A DNA stretch of 63,705 bases, the filler included, from Lama guanicoe (taxonomy: Eukaryota), in the NCBI GenBank assembly GCA_013239625.1. It is 153 parts of 153 records of this genome, joined end to end, with 100 filler letters (N's around TTAATTAATTAA, not from the genome) between each part and the next. Parts side by side here need not be neighbours in the genome. Positions count along the whole stretch, not along the records: positions 25,401 to 25,717 come from PNXV01055689.1; positions 25,818 to 26,134 come from PNXV01055690.1; positions 26,235 to 26,551 come from PNXV01055691.1; positions 26,652 to 26,968 come from PNXV01055692.1; positions 27,069 to 27,385 come from PNXV01055693.1; positions 27,486 to 27,801 come from PNXV01055694.1; positions 27,902 to 28,218 come from PNXV01055695.1; positions 28,319 to 28,635 come from PNXV01055696.1; 145 more parts are not named here. One strand, written 5' to 3'. A program made the translations under genes and the position numbers. Shown in pieces: positions 25,301 to 36,974 of the stretch (the stretch's first letter is position 1; every line of letters starts with the position of its first letter). Under the pieces are notes generated by a model. It saw only the letters and a list, made by a program, of their open reading frames with translations. It did not search any database and was not told the DNA's origin.

Positions 25301-28158
25301 NNNNNNNNNNNNNNNNNNNNNNNNNNNNNNNNNNNNNNNNNNNNTTAATTAATTAANNNNNNNNNNNNNNNNNNNNNNNNNNNNNNNNNNNNNNNNNNNN
25401 CTGAGTCAAAGTTAGCGAATTTTTAACTATCCATGGTGAGTTGTGGGAGGGATGAGAATCTGGGTGCTGGAATACTGTTTTTGTGCTTCAGATTTCACCA
25501 CATTCTTACTGATTTCTGAGCTTGAAATTTCACTCTTCATTTGAACTGGACTGTGTTATTTCTGACTCATTATAGCAGTTTAGTTTTTACTCTCCTGTCA
25601 CTTCCCTAATATTTCCTAATATCTCCTGTCAAGCTCTATTAACCAGTAGTCTAATTTAGCCAAAGGATGAGACAATGTTTTTAATTATGTAGATTCAAAT
25701 GAGCACAATGTATGTTGNNNNNNNNNNNNNNNNNNNNNNNNNNNNNNNNNNNNNNNNNNNNTTAATTAATTAANNNNNNNNNNNNNNNNNNNNNNNNNNN
25801 NNNNNNNNNNNNNNNNNGTAGCATCATTCATCGCACAATGTGCGTTCACGGCCAGCATGAGTTCTCTTGCAACACAGCTTCCCCCGCAGCACAGGTTCCC
25901 CTGCAGGACGCGTGCCTCTGATGCATGGCTTTCCTTACACGTGGAGTTTTCTCCTGCCTGGCTTTCAAAAACGTATAGATAGTACGGTGATCAGGCCAGT
26001 CCTCCTCACACATGCTGAAATTCTGATTTGACCCTGCATATCTGTTGCTGGATCTGCCCAGAACATTGCATTATTTTTGGATGCATCTGTGACGTTCGGA
26101 ATGACTCGTTCAGATGGATGGAATTCACTCAATCNNNNNNNNNNNNNNNNNNNNNNNNNNNNNNNNNNNNNNNNNNNNTTAATTAATTAANNNNNNNNNN
26201 NNNNNNNNNNNNNNNNNNNNNNNNNNNNNNNNNNCTTCCTTAGCTCCTTCTGATCCTCACCCAGTGCCACCTTCACCATGAAAGCTCCCTTATCTTCCTC
26301 GTAAAACTGCAGCCTCTTCCTCCAATTCTCTCCTCTCATATTTTTTCTATAGCATTTCTTATTTTTTCTTATTATTCCATATATGTGATCCTGGAAAATT
26401 CCTATGTTCTGTAAAATTGTACACTAATATAACAGAACCCAGGAGATCACCCAAAACCTATTGAACTTTGCAGCCAGGACACTAAGGCAAAATAATGTTC
26501 CTAGTAACTTTCTTCATCAATTGGCTATTTTGATAAAAAGGAAGAAGCTGCNNNNNNNNNNNNNNNNNNNNNNNNNNNNNNNNNNNNNNNNNNNNTTAAT
26601 TAATTAANNNNNNNNNNNNNNNNNNNNNNNNNNNNNNNNNNNNNNNNNNNNGAAGGAAGGAACACAACACATTTGGGGCACAGTGATGAGTGTGATGTAG
26701 CAGAAATGTTCAGAGTGAAGCATGGTTTGATTAAATCATGCAACTCAAACCATTTTAGACCATGATTTTGTAACTTAAAACAAGAAGTAAGCTCTGTTGC
26801 AACTTAGTGTTTGAAACAAGAAGTAAGACCAGTGTTCCTTAATGAGGTTTCAGATTTATGCATTAGATCTTGACAAGATCCAGCCTTCAGGAAAAAAATC
26901 ACCACTGGAGTCGTTTATTTCCACAGATATTTATGAACATCACACAGCAACCTTCTGCTGACCCAAGTNNNNNNNNNNNNNNNNNNNNNNNNNNNNNNNN
27001 NNNNNNNNNNNNTTAATTAATTAANNNNNNNNNNNNNNNNNNNNNNNNNNNNNNNNNNNNNNNNNNNNGTGCTCCCGGGCCCTGGGAGAGGAGAACAGGG
27101 GAGTCTGCATGAGGGGCAAGCATCCTGAGGATGCTGTAGAGCTGAGAGGGTTCCTCATGCACTCTTGCCCACCGACTCCAGACCTGAGCCGTTACTCAAG
27201 CCAGCGTCCTGGTCATCGGCCCCCAGCATGCTCGCTTCTCTCTGCTTGTTCCACGTTTTGCAATTTCTCAATCTTATCTTTACTGTTTCTCTTTCCCTTC
27301 CTTTTCTTCCCTCTTTCTTACTTTTACTCTCTACTGTCTTCTTTCTCCTCAACATTTATTTTTCTTTCTTCTCTAACTATTCTCANNNNNNNNNNNNNNN
27401 NNNNNNNNNNNNNNNNNNNNNNNNNNNNNTTAATTAATTAANNNNNNNNNNNNNNNNNNNNNNNNNNNNNNNNNNNNNNNNNNNNAAAAATAGTCAAATA
27501 AGCAAGGAATTTTCAAGTTATAATTTTGTCACATAAATTAAAAAGTACGTCTATTAAGTTGTGTTCAAACTAGGGAAAATTTGCCAAGTGCAATTGGAAA
27601 GAGAAATAGTAGGGGACATTGTCTTTTTAGTTCTATGTCACCTTAACAAGTTTTAAAAATATATCTTAATTTTTCATTTAATATTTTGGAAAAGAGAGAA
27701 GTCTTATGAATTCCCTACTACTATTTTTTTTAGGATCTACCATTTTTTAATTTAATTTTATTGAATTATAGTCAGTTTACAATGTTGTGTCAATTTCCAG
27801 TNNNNNNNNNNNNNNNNNNNNNNNNNNNNNNNNNNNNNNNNNNNNTTAATTAATTAANNNNNNNNNNNNNNNNNNNNNNNNNNNNNNNNNNNNNNNNNNN
27901 NCTATCTTCCGAAAAACACACTAACCAGAACCTAGTGAACTAACACCTAAGCATGCATCTCTAAACGGCCGGACAACCGCGCAGAAAAGCTTCTTCACAG
28001 TCCCACAGCCACCCGGCAGGTAACGCCAGCGATGTAACAAACAACCCCGCCGCGCGGAAACCATGAAACGCAGACACTGCAACTGCGGAGAACACTCGTT
28101 AGCGTCCTATCACCGGCCGGTACTCTTCAAAAACTCCCAAGCAACGGAAGATTAACAG

Positions 28159-28174
28159 TCTGCTTTTAGTTCAC
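28159..28174 (-). terminator. snRNA 3'-box-like element downstream of U1
   Basis: GTGAACTAAAAGCAGA begins 8 nt after the U1 end; partial fit to the 3'-box consensus GTTTN0-3AAARNNAGA; no poly(A) tail follows U1. Confidence 0.6.
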
Positions 28175-28182
28175 AGCCAAAT

Positions 28183-28218
28183 CAGGGGAAAGCGCGAACG
28201 CAGTCCCCCACTACCACA
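28183..28218 (-). ncRNA. RNU1: U1 snRNA 3' end (last 36 nt: end of Sm site and stem-loop IV)
   Basis: Reverse complement TGTGGTAGTGGGGGACTGCGTTCGCGCTTTCCCCTG equals the canonical U1 3' end; truncated by the contig break. Confidence 0.93.
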
Positions 28219-29569
28219 NNNNNNNNNNNNNNNNNNNNNNNNNNNNNNNNNNNNNNNNNNNNTTAATTAATTAANNNNNNNNNNNNNNNNNNNNNNNNNN
28301 NNNNNNNNNNNNNNNNNNGAAGTTATAACCACAGAAAATCAATGACTTAGACTTCCGCATCATGCAAAATCTCTAAAAGCATAACTTTAAAATATGGCCC
28401 TGTAATCACAGGCTTCAAACCAGTGAGAAAAAGCAACTATAAATTTAAAGGGCATATACCACGATTTCTACTTCATGATTCAAAGAAATGTAGTCATCAC
28501 ATTAATGATATGTGGTAAAAAGATGAAGGGCAATTAATTTTTAAAAAGTGTTTCTGCTTCAAATTTCCATTTTAAAAAAGTGAGTGGTTTAGACATGGAC
28601 TCTGGACTTGGCTGAGACACTGGGCAAGTTACTTCNNNNNNNNNNNNNNNNNNNNNNNNNNNNNNNNNNNNNNNNNNNNTTAATTAATTAANNNNNNNNN
28701 NNNNNNNNNNNNNNNNNNNNNNNNNNNNNNNNNNNGAGAAAGACCCCCCAGGGCAGGACAGGAAGTGGCCAAGGCCACCTTCCTCCTCGGGAGTCATCCC
28801 CTGGACAGCAAAGTACTAGACTGGGAGGCTAGAGGGAACGGCTGGCTGTAGTTGCAGCAGCTTCAGCGCTGGACTCGCTGCTTCTGGACTCACTCAGGCG
28901 CGCTCACCTTCGGCAGTCTGCGGGAACTCTCACTGAGATCTGTCCCGGATGCCCCTGGCCTGACCCCTTAAAGGCTCCCATTGTCCCTGGGAACAGTTTG
29001 AGCTTCTCAGCCTGATAGCTCAAGGCCCCTCACTTGCCCCCCACAACTTTTTNNNNNNNNNNNNNNNNNNNNNNNNNNNNNNNNNNNNNNNNNNNNTTAA
29101 TTAATTAANNNNNNNNNNNNNNNNNNNNNNNNNNNNNNNNNNNNNNNNNNNNTATTCTTCCCTTTACTGTGTGGACAACAGATTGACTGCCTGCTGAAGT
29201 TAAATATAGGCATTTTCTCTGAAATGTACAGACTAATTTGTTTTGAGGTTAAGGCAGTAATAAATTCAAAGAGTTGCTTGTTGAGAGTGACATGACGTTC
29301 TAAAGGAATGGTCAGGCAGTGACAGGGAATTGATGCTTGGCTGAATAGCAAGTTTCAAATGAGAAAAAATATTATCGGAAATTTGGTAGAAAGTTGGCAA
29401 AGGATTGATTAAGAAAATAAGTAATTTAGAGTCTACCAAGAAAGTGAGACAAAACAAATCCTCCCCCCCNNNNNNNNNNNNNNNNNNNNNNNNNNNNNNN
29501 NNNNNNNNNNNNNTTAATTAATTAANNNNNNNNNNNNNNNNNNNNNNNNNNNNNNNNNNNNNNNNNNNN

Positions 29570-29886
29570 TGTCTGTGGCCAGCGCTGCTCCCGGACTCTG
29601 CGTGGACAGAGTCCCTCTCTCTAGGGGCGGCCCTGTGCCCTTGCTGAGAGTCTGAGTGCCTAGAGCTGACTCGTGCCCGGCCATGGGAACCCTCCTGCTG
29701 GTGCCTTGAGCTGGACCCAGATCTTCCCTGGGAGGCCACAGCTTGTCTGCCTGCACCTTGCTCCGAGCGCTCGCTGTCGCTGGCCGGGCTCACACTGGAT
29801 TCCCTGCGTGTACGGCTGCCGGGCCCATCTGAGGTTTGTCCGTGCTCAGTCCGTGAGTGTCTCAAGCTGTCTGGTTCCTGCTCATG
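29570..29886 (-). CDS. Filaggrin-like (S100 fused-type protein) repeat fragment
   Basis: Open across the contig: HEQEPDSLRHSRTEHGQTSDGPGSRTRRESSVSPASDSERSEQGAGRQAVASQGRSGSSSRHQQEGSHGRARVSSRHSDSQQGH...; S/G/R/H/Q/E-rich with FLG-like motifs (DS.RHS..HGQ, SSVS.ASDSE). FLG vs FLG2 not resolved. Confidence 0.7.
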
Positions 29887-31237
29887 NNNNNNNNNNNNNN
29901 NNNNNNNNNNNNNNNNNNNNNNNNNNNNNNTTAATTAATTAANNNNNNNNNNNNNNNNNNNNNNNNNNNNNNNNNNNNNNNNNNNNTCACTACTTAAATT
30001 GGTTTATGGCAGTGGTTCTAAAATTCAGTATACATGCATCGAAATCATGTAGCAAACCTATTAAGGACATAGCTTCTTTAGCTTCATACATGCCCACCTA
30101 TACATCCGTACTCATCTCAAAGATTCCGGTTCTGCAGAAGTGACTTAGAGACCAGAAGTATGAATTTTAAACATAAAACTTCAAATAGTTTCTGAGGTAA
30201 GTAGATTGTACAACTGAAAAGCACATCTATGTAATTTCCTTATCGGTGTTACCCTTGCATGGACAGTGCATAAAAGTACCCTGAACTTGTGCTAATTTCT
30301 TAANNNNNNNNNNNNNNNNNNNNNNNNNNNNNNNNNNNNNNNNNNNNTTAATTAATTAANNNNNNNNNNNNNNNNNNNNNNNNNNNNNNNNNNNNNNNNN
30401 NNNGATGTTGTTAGTATGAATACAACCCAAGTCTCTCAAACACCGGAGCTTCTGACCTTTATTTTACAGCTAAACCGAGCCCAATTCCCAGAAATGCTGT
30501 ACAAAACTCGCAGAGGGGGTGCAATTCCCACCAACTGGGTCTCACTGAGAAGCCCCAAGCGGGGGTGGGTGCTGGGAGGAAGTCTCCTACTTTCAGCACC
30601 GCCTGACAGCGGAAGCGCTGGCCATCCACAGGTCACACTGCCCCAGTCCAGGCAGGTCAAGGCACGCCCTTGGGAAAGGAGCCTGCTTTTCCTGAAGCAG
30701 CGGATCCAACCCCTCCTGCTNNNNNNNNNNNNNNNNNNNNNNNNNNNNNNNNNNNNNNNNNNNNTTAATTAATTAANNNNNNNNNNNNNNNNNNNNNNNN
30801 NNNNNNNNNNNNNNNNNNNNCTACAGAGCCAAACATGGAGCTCTAGTTTTAAATGTACTTAAGAAAGATTATTGTAATCACTTCATAATATATACAAATA
30901 TCAAATTATTATATTATACATCTGAATCTAATGTAATATTATATGCCAATTTTACCTCAATAGAAACAAGACAAATAGACTGTATTCATAAAATTTATAA
31001 AATGAAGAATAAAATTTGGTGGTATGGTATCTTCCTGGCAGTAGAAAGTAAAGAGAAAACAAGAAGAAATTATAAAACAAAAATAAGTGCAGAAAAGTAA
31101 ACTAAAATGACACAAGAGAAAACACATTATTTTTTTTNNNNNNNNNNNNNNNNNNNNNNNNNNNNNNNNNNNNNNNNNNNNTTAATTAATTAANNNNNNN
31201 NNNNNNNNNNNNNNNNNNNNNNNNNNNNNNNNNNNNN

Positions 31238-31554
31238 ACAAAATTGAACACCCATTTATGATAAAAACTCTTACCAAAGTGGGTATAGAAGTAACATATC
31301 TCAAAATAATAAAAGCTACCTATGATAAACCTACAGCCAGCATAATACTTAATGGTGAAAAGGTGAATAAAGCCTTCTTGCTACAGTTTACAACAAGACA
31401 AGGATGCCCACTCTCACCACTTCTATTCAATATAATATTGCAAGTCCTAGCCATAGCAATTAGTCAAGAAAAAGAAATGAAAGGAATCCAAACTGGAAGA
31501 GACAGGATAAAATTGTCATTATATGTGGATGACATGATACTATATATAGAAAAC
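31238..31554 (+). mobile_element. LINE-1 ORF2 reverse transcriptase fragment
   Basis: HPFMIKTL...[14 protein letters not shown]...[14 protein letters not shown]...[17 protein letters not shown] motifs QGCPLSP and YxDD. Confidence 0.95.
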
Positions 31555-33530
31555 NNNNNNNNNNNNNNNNNNNNNNNNNNNNNNNNNNNNNNNNNNNNTT
31601 AATTAATTAANNNNNNNNNNNNNNNNNNNNNNNNNNNNNNNNNNNNNNNNNNNNATATGGGGTTTAGTAGATGTGTTCAGATGTTCTAGACAGTGAATCA
31701 GAGTAGACTGAGGTTTAGACAGTAGTTAAATGTCTCGCCTTTGTGATCTGCACCCACATATTGATATACTGAAAATTCTTAAAAGTGAGAACTTCATTAA
31801 AGCAACGAAAAGAGAGGGAAAAAACAGCCACAGACTACTGGATGTTTTGTAACATGTAAAAATGACAGAGGGCTATTCATGAGCATAGTTATAAAAACTC
31901 CTACACTTTAATAAGAAAAACAATACACAAAATGTTATGATAAATCACAGAGAAAAAAATGTGACAATGANNNNNNNNNNNNNNNNNNNNNNNNNNNNNN
32001 NNNNNNNNNNNNNNTTAATTAATTAANNNNNNNNNNNNNNNNNNNNNNNNNNNNNNNNNNNNNNNNNNNNCATTTCTGAGTTTTGAGAATGTACATTACC
32101 ATACTTTGAACCACCATATGAGGCATATTTAAATTTAATAGAGTTTACATTTATTTCCGAATTGTTCCCTAAATCCAGTTTCGAAAATCGGGAATTTTTC
32201 AAAGGAAAATTCCCGTGTTGCAATTTCTAACTAATATATTTGCAATTCACAGTTTCCCTCATCATGAAATTCCGAGTTCCGAACATGATACATGGCACAC
32301 GGATTCGGCAACCATTAATTTGTAAGTAAACAGCATGCGGATTAACGAACTTTGATCCTCAATACAAGGGAAATTACATATAGAAAANNNNNNNNNNNNN
32401 NNNNNNNNNNNNNNNNNNNNNNNNNNNNNNNTTAATTAATTAANNNNNNNNNNNNNNNNNNNNNNNNNNNNNNNNNNNNNNNNNNNNTTTTTTTCACTTG
32501 GGCATTCTGCTGCCTTCTCCCTGCTAACTTCTCAACCTCTGCCTGAGACTTAGGCACTAAATCACAAACAGCCTTTGGCTCACCATAGTTGAGTCTAATG
32601 TGACCCAGTTTTCAGATGTCTGAAAATTTCTTAGGTTTCTTTTGTCTATACACTGAGAGATGGTTGAAAATAACAGACATTCAATTATACAGAGGATGTT
32701 TTACTCTGAATAATTACAGAGCACAGCCCGATTGGAATGTTTGTTTATCAGCCATGAGACCTTTATGATTGATTTGATACAGCACATTTTGGATAAATGA
32801 TTTTNNNNNNNNNNNNNNNNNNNNNNNNNNNNNNNNNNNNNNNNNNNNTTAATTAATTAANNNNNNNNNNNNNNNNNNNNNNNNNNNNNNNNNNNNNNNN
32901 NNNNGGAGAATATTTATTTTTCAGCGCTATGTTATTTCTTAAGTCAAAATAATAATTTTATGGGAAAAGAGTTTAGGAACCGATGCGATATTTGTTTATA
33001 CTAGAATATACAGAGGACTCACGGCATGGTATGTTTAGAGAAGCAGCACCACGCATGAAGCTCTTTCTTTATATATGTGTAAGCAAACTACATTTTCAAT
33101 GTGTGTTATTGTATTATATTGTCAAACACGCTTTATAATAAGATAGTGTCATTTGCTTTTATTTTTTAAGACTGTCATTTTCAAAGTCTTGCTTGTCAAT
33201 ACAATGAGTTTTGTAAAAAGANNNNNNNNNNNNNNNNNNNNNNNNNNNNNNNNNNNNNNNNNNNNTTAATTAATTAANNNNNNNNNNNNNNNNNNNNNNN
33301 NNNNNNNNNNNNNNNNNNNNNGGGGATGGAACCCAGGACCTCCTACACTTTGGAATTTCAGCAGGAATTTGCATATCAAGCAGGTAAGGGAAGGTCCAGT
33401 GGCCTCTTGGTGGGTTCCTCCAAAGAGCCGGGACTATCTGTGGCCGGCGATCGTAGCTCACCACCCATCCGTCCCGGCTCGGGTGGCCAAGGCAAGATGG
33501 CTGATGTTTTAAATCTGTAAGGAAGGGGCC

Positions 33531-33638
33531 GGGGAGGGTAGAGCCCAATGGTGAAGCTTGTGCTTAGCACGCACGAGGTCCTGGGTTCAAGCCCCATTAC
33601 CTCCACTTAAATAAAAAAATAAACCTAGTTACCCCCCC
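33531..33638 (+). mobile_element. Vic-1-type camelid SINE (tRNA-derived)
   Basis: ggggagggtagagcccaatggtg...gcttagcacgcacgaggtcctgggttcaagcccc...acctcca followed by aaataaacctagttacccccc; A- and B-box present. A second, antisense fragment lies at 33322-33345. Confidence 0.85.
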
Positions 33639-33738
33639 NNNNNNNNNNNNNNNNNNNNNNNNNNNNNNNNNNNNNNNNNNNNTTAATTAATTAANNNNNN
33701 NNNNNNNNNNNNNNNNNNNNNNNNNNNNNNNNNNNNNN

Positions 33739-34055
33739 ATGACAGTTGTTGAGAGTAACTCTTAAGAGTTCTCATCACAAGGACAATTTTTTTTCTGTTT
33801 CTTTATTTTTGTGCCTGTATAAGATGATAGATGTTTGCTAAAAAAACTGATTGTGATAATTGTTCTGTGATGTGTGTCAGTCCAGTCACTATGCTGCACA
33901 CTTTAGACTTACACAGTGCTATTATGCCTATTATAGTGCAATGAAACTGGAAAAAAAGAATAAAACAGCAATGAAAATAATAAAGAAAAAAGAAAATATG
34001 GGATATACATAAAATGGAATATTATTCAGCTTTGAAAAGGAGGAAATCCTGCCAC
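33739..34055 (+). mobile_element. Old L1 (L1MA-type) 3' end abutting another L1 ORF2-end fragment
   Basis: aagagttctcatcacaag...acttacacagtgct...aaactggaaaaaa, then atggaatattattcagc...aggaaatcctgcca. Confidence 0.65.
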
Positions 34056-35823
34056 NNNNNNNNNNNNNNNNNNNNNNNNNNNNNNNNNNNNNNNNNNNNT
34101 TAATTAATTAANNNNNNNNNNNNNNNNNNNNNNNNNNNNNNNNNNNNNNNNNNNNATCAGGTGATCCTTTCTCAGGAAGCAAGGAGTCAAATTCTCCCTG
34201 TGTCATCAGCAACCTCTTGGTTTCTTCTCCCCCAGGAGAGCCAGGGAAACAGTGTCAGCTAACCGTGAAGCTTCTGGCAGTCCCAGACAGCTAGAGGACT
34301 CAGAATGATCCCCCTCATTATTTAAGCTACAGCTAAAAAACACCACGAGAGTATACAAAGCAGCAGCTGGAACTGGGCATATCTGGATGACTGCTGCTGC
34401 CTTGGAATTCTCATCTCCCAGCTGTACAGGTTTACTCCAGTCATCTTATTAACCTCCTAATAGTCAATCCTTNNNNNNNNNNNNNNNNNNNNNNNNNNNN
34501 NNNNNNNNNNNNNNNNTTAATTAATTAANNNNNNNNNNNNNNNNNNNNNNNNNNNNNNNNNNNNNNNNNNNNTGTTTTCATTTATTTTATTGTCCTATTC
34601 TTCAAATAGTAAAATAAACGCATCAAAATTTTTTTTGTATTTCTAAAAATAGCAGGAAGTCATAGTCTATAGCAGCTATTCAAAAGCCTGTTTGCTCACA
34701 GTAATTATTTGTAAATGAGAGTTCTAATTTAGTAGACTTGGAGTATGGTCCAAGTACTTGTGATTTTAAAAAGCTCTAGGAAAAAATTCAATGTAAAATA
34801 CAGTTTGAGAATAGATTCTATGAAAATGCTTATTTATTACCAGAGTTCCTTCTTTTCAGAAGTGTTTGTAACTATTTCTAGGATGAAACNNNNNNNNNNN
34901 NNNNNNNNNNNNNNNNNNNNNNNNNNNNNNNNNTTAATTAATTAANNNNNNNNNNNNNNNNNNNNNNNNNNNNNNNNNNNNNNNNNNNNTTTGACTGCCA
35001 TGGCAGGCTGTGTTCTGGGCAGAACAGGCAGCAGCAGCAGAACCCACTGCTGAGGCTCGCTAAGATGGGCTCCCCACACTCACCAAGGCACTTGCTTGGC
35101 AGTGACCTGGACCTGGTGAAGGTCTGGGTGCCAGGCTCTGTCAGACCCCCAGGTGATGGCAGTGACAGTCCTGGTGGCGGCCTGCAGGAGGGGAGACGCT
35201 TGTGGGTTTCGGCAGCACAGCCTCCGGGCGCCACCAGCTGGGGGCCGGTGGGTTCCACTCCCCACCTCCACGTGGACCGGCTGCAGTGACGCGGCCCAGA
35301 GCCTGCNNNNNNNNNNNNNNNNNNNNNNNNNNNNNNNNNNNNNNNNNNNNTTAATTAATTAANNNNNNNNNNNNNNNNNNNNNNNNNNNNNNNNNNNNNN
35401 NNNNNNAGTGCAGTCGAACTGTAATGATTCTACATAAAACTGGAAAAAAAGTCAAAAATAAAAACTTCATTTTTAAAGTTAGGTAAGTGTGTTTAATCCT
35501 CATTTCACATTAAAAGCTTGAAGTTGGTTATTTTTCTATACAAGCGTATGTCTTGTCCCAAATGCTTTCCCTTACCATATTCCTTATTTACAGACAATAA
35601 AATTAATAAATACAGCCACTGATAAGACATGGATTGAAGAATTTGAAAAGGGGGATTTTTTTTGTCTATAAAATCCCCCAGGATCACAGTAACTAAAGTG
35701 CCAGGGAGCTAAAGCGAGTCCCANNNNNNNNNNNNNNNNNNNNNNNNNNNNNNNNNNNNNNNNNNNNTTAATTAATTAANNNNNNNNNNNNNNNNNNNNN
35801 NNNNNNNNNNNNNNNNNNNNNNN

Positions 35824-36140
35824 CCTCTTAGAACTGCTTTTTCTGTGTCCCATAGATTTTGGATCATTGTGTATTTGTTTTCATTTGTCTCCAGGTATTT
35901 TTTAAATTTTCTCTTTGCTTTCTTCAATGGCCCATTGGTTGTTTATAGAATATTGTTTAGCCTTCACATATTTGTGGGGTTTTGCAGTTTCTTTTTCCTT
36001 GTAGTTGATTTCTAGCTCATAGACTCATGGTTAGGAAAGTTGCTTGATAGAATTTCAATCTTCTTAAATTTGCTGAGACTTGTTCAGTGACCTAACATGT
36101 GATCTATTCTGGAGAATGTTCCATGTGCACTTGAAAAAAA
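35824..36140 (-). mobile_element. LINE-1 ORF2 endonuclease C-terminal region
   Basis: cctcttagaactgcttt...gtagttgatttctag...tctattctggagaatgttccatgtgcacttgaaaa is antisense L1 ORF2. Confidence 0.85.
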
Positions 36141-36657
36141 NNNNNNNNNNNNNNNNNNNNNNNNNNNNNNNNNNNNNNNNNNNNTTAATTAATTAANNNN
36201 NNNNNNNNNNNNNNNNNNNNNNNNNNNNNNNNNNNNNNNNTTACTTACTTACTTACTTACTTACTGAAGCACTTGCCACTTTTATCAGTTGTCCGATTGC
36301 CTGCCACGGGCCGTCAGCTCCACAGGGCGGTGATTTTTGTCCTTTTTCAGCACTGGGTCCAGAGCAGTGCTGGGTAACAATAGGCGCAGCATGAACATTG
36401 GTTGCACGAACGAGAGAGCAACCACTTGAGCAGCTACCCCGCCGGGCAAGCCGCCCAGCACTCCCGCTACCCTGGCCCCAAGGTCCTCAGGCCTCAACGT
36501 GGGCAGGCCATCCACAGGGCCAGCTCCCCCTGCTGGGCCAGACTGCACAGGTTCAGGNNNNNNNNNNNNNNNNNNNNNNNNNNNNNNNNNNNNNNNNNNN
36601 NTTAATTAATTAANNNNNNNNNNNNNNNNNNNNNNNNNNNNNNNNNNNNNNNNNNNN

Positions 36658-36974
36658 TGAAAAGATGCTTAACATCACTAATCATCAGGGAAATGCAAAT
36701 CAAAACAACAAAGTTGGGGGGTCGGTATAGCTCACTGTTAGAGCACATGCTTAATTAGCATGCACGAGGTCCTGGGTTCAATCCTCAATACCTCCATTTA
36801 AAAAGCAAATAAACAAAAAACTACAAAAAGATACCACAAATGTCAGAATGGCTATCATCAAAAAGACAACAAATAAAAAGTGTTGGTGAGGATATGAAGA
36901 AAAGGGAACCCTTGTGCATTGTTGGTGGGAATGTAAATTGGTGCAGACACTATGGAAAACAGTATGGAGGTTCC
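36658..36974 (+). mobile_element. LINE-1 ORF2 C-terminal fragment interrupted by a SINE
   Basis: aacatcactaatcatcagggaaatgcaaatcaaaac ... [SINE] ... gataccac...gtcagaatggctatcatcaaaaaga...ggaaaacagtatggaggttcc. Confidence 0.85.
36716..36816 (+). mobile_element. Vic-1-type camelid SINE nested in L1
   Basis: ggtatagctcactgttagagcacatgctt...gcatgcacgaggtcctgggttcaatcctcaatacctcca plus A-rich tail; candidate TSD aaaacaacaaa (36702-36712) / aaaactacaaa (36817-36827). Confidence 0.85.

Noticed and set aside
30592..30612. REST/NRSF (RE1)-like site TTCAGCACCGCCTGACAGCGG
   Set aside because: Left half matches but the spacing and right half deviate from canonical RE1; no supporting context.
33531..33605. 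tRNA-Ala-like gene
   Set aside because: Degenerate cloverleaf followed by a SINE tail, with several related copies in the window: a SINE, not a tRNA.
36285..36548. 87-aa minus-strand ORF in a GC-rich contig
   Set aside because: No recognisable homology; it overlaps an L2-like 3' tail, and GC-rich DNA readily yields stop-free frames.
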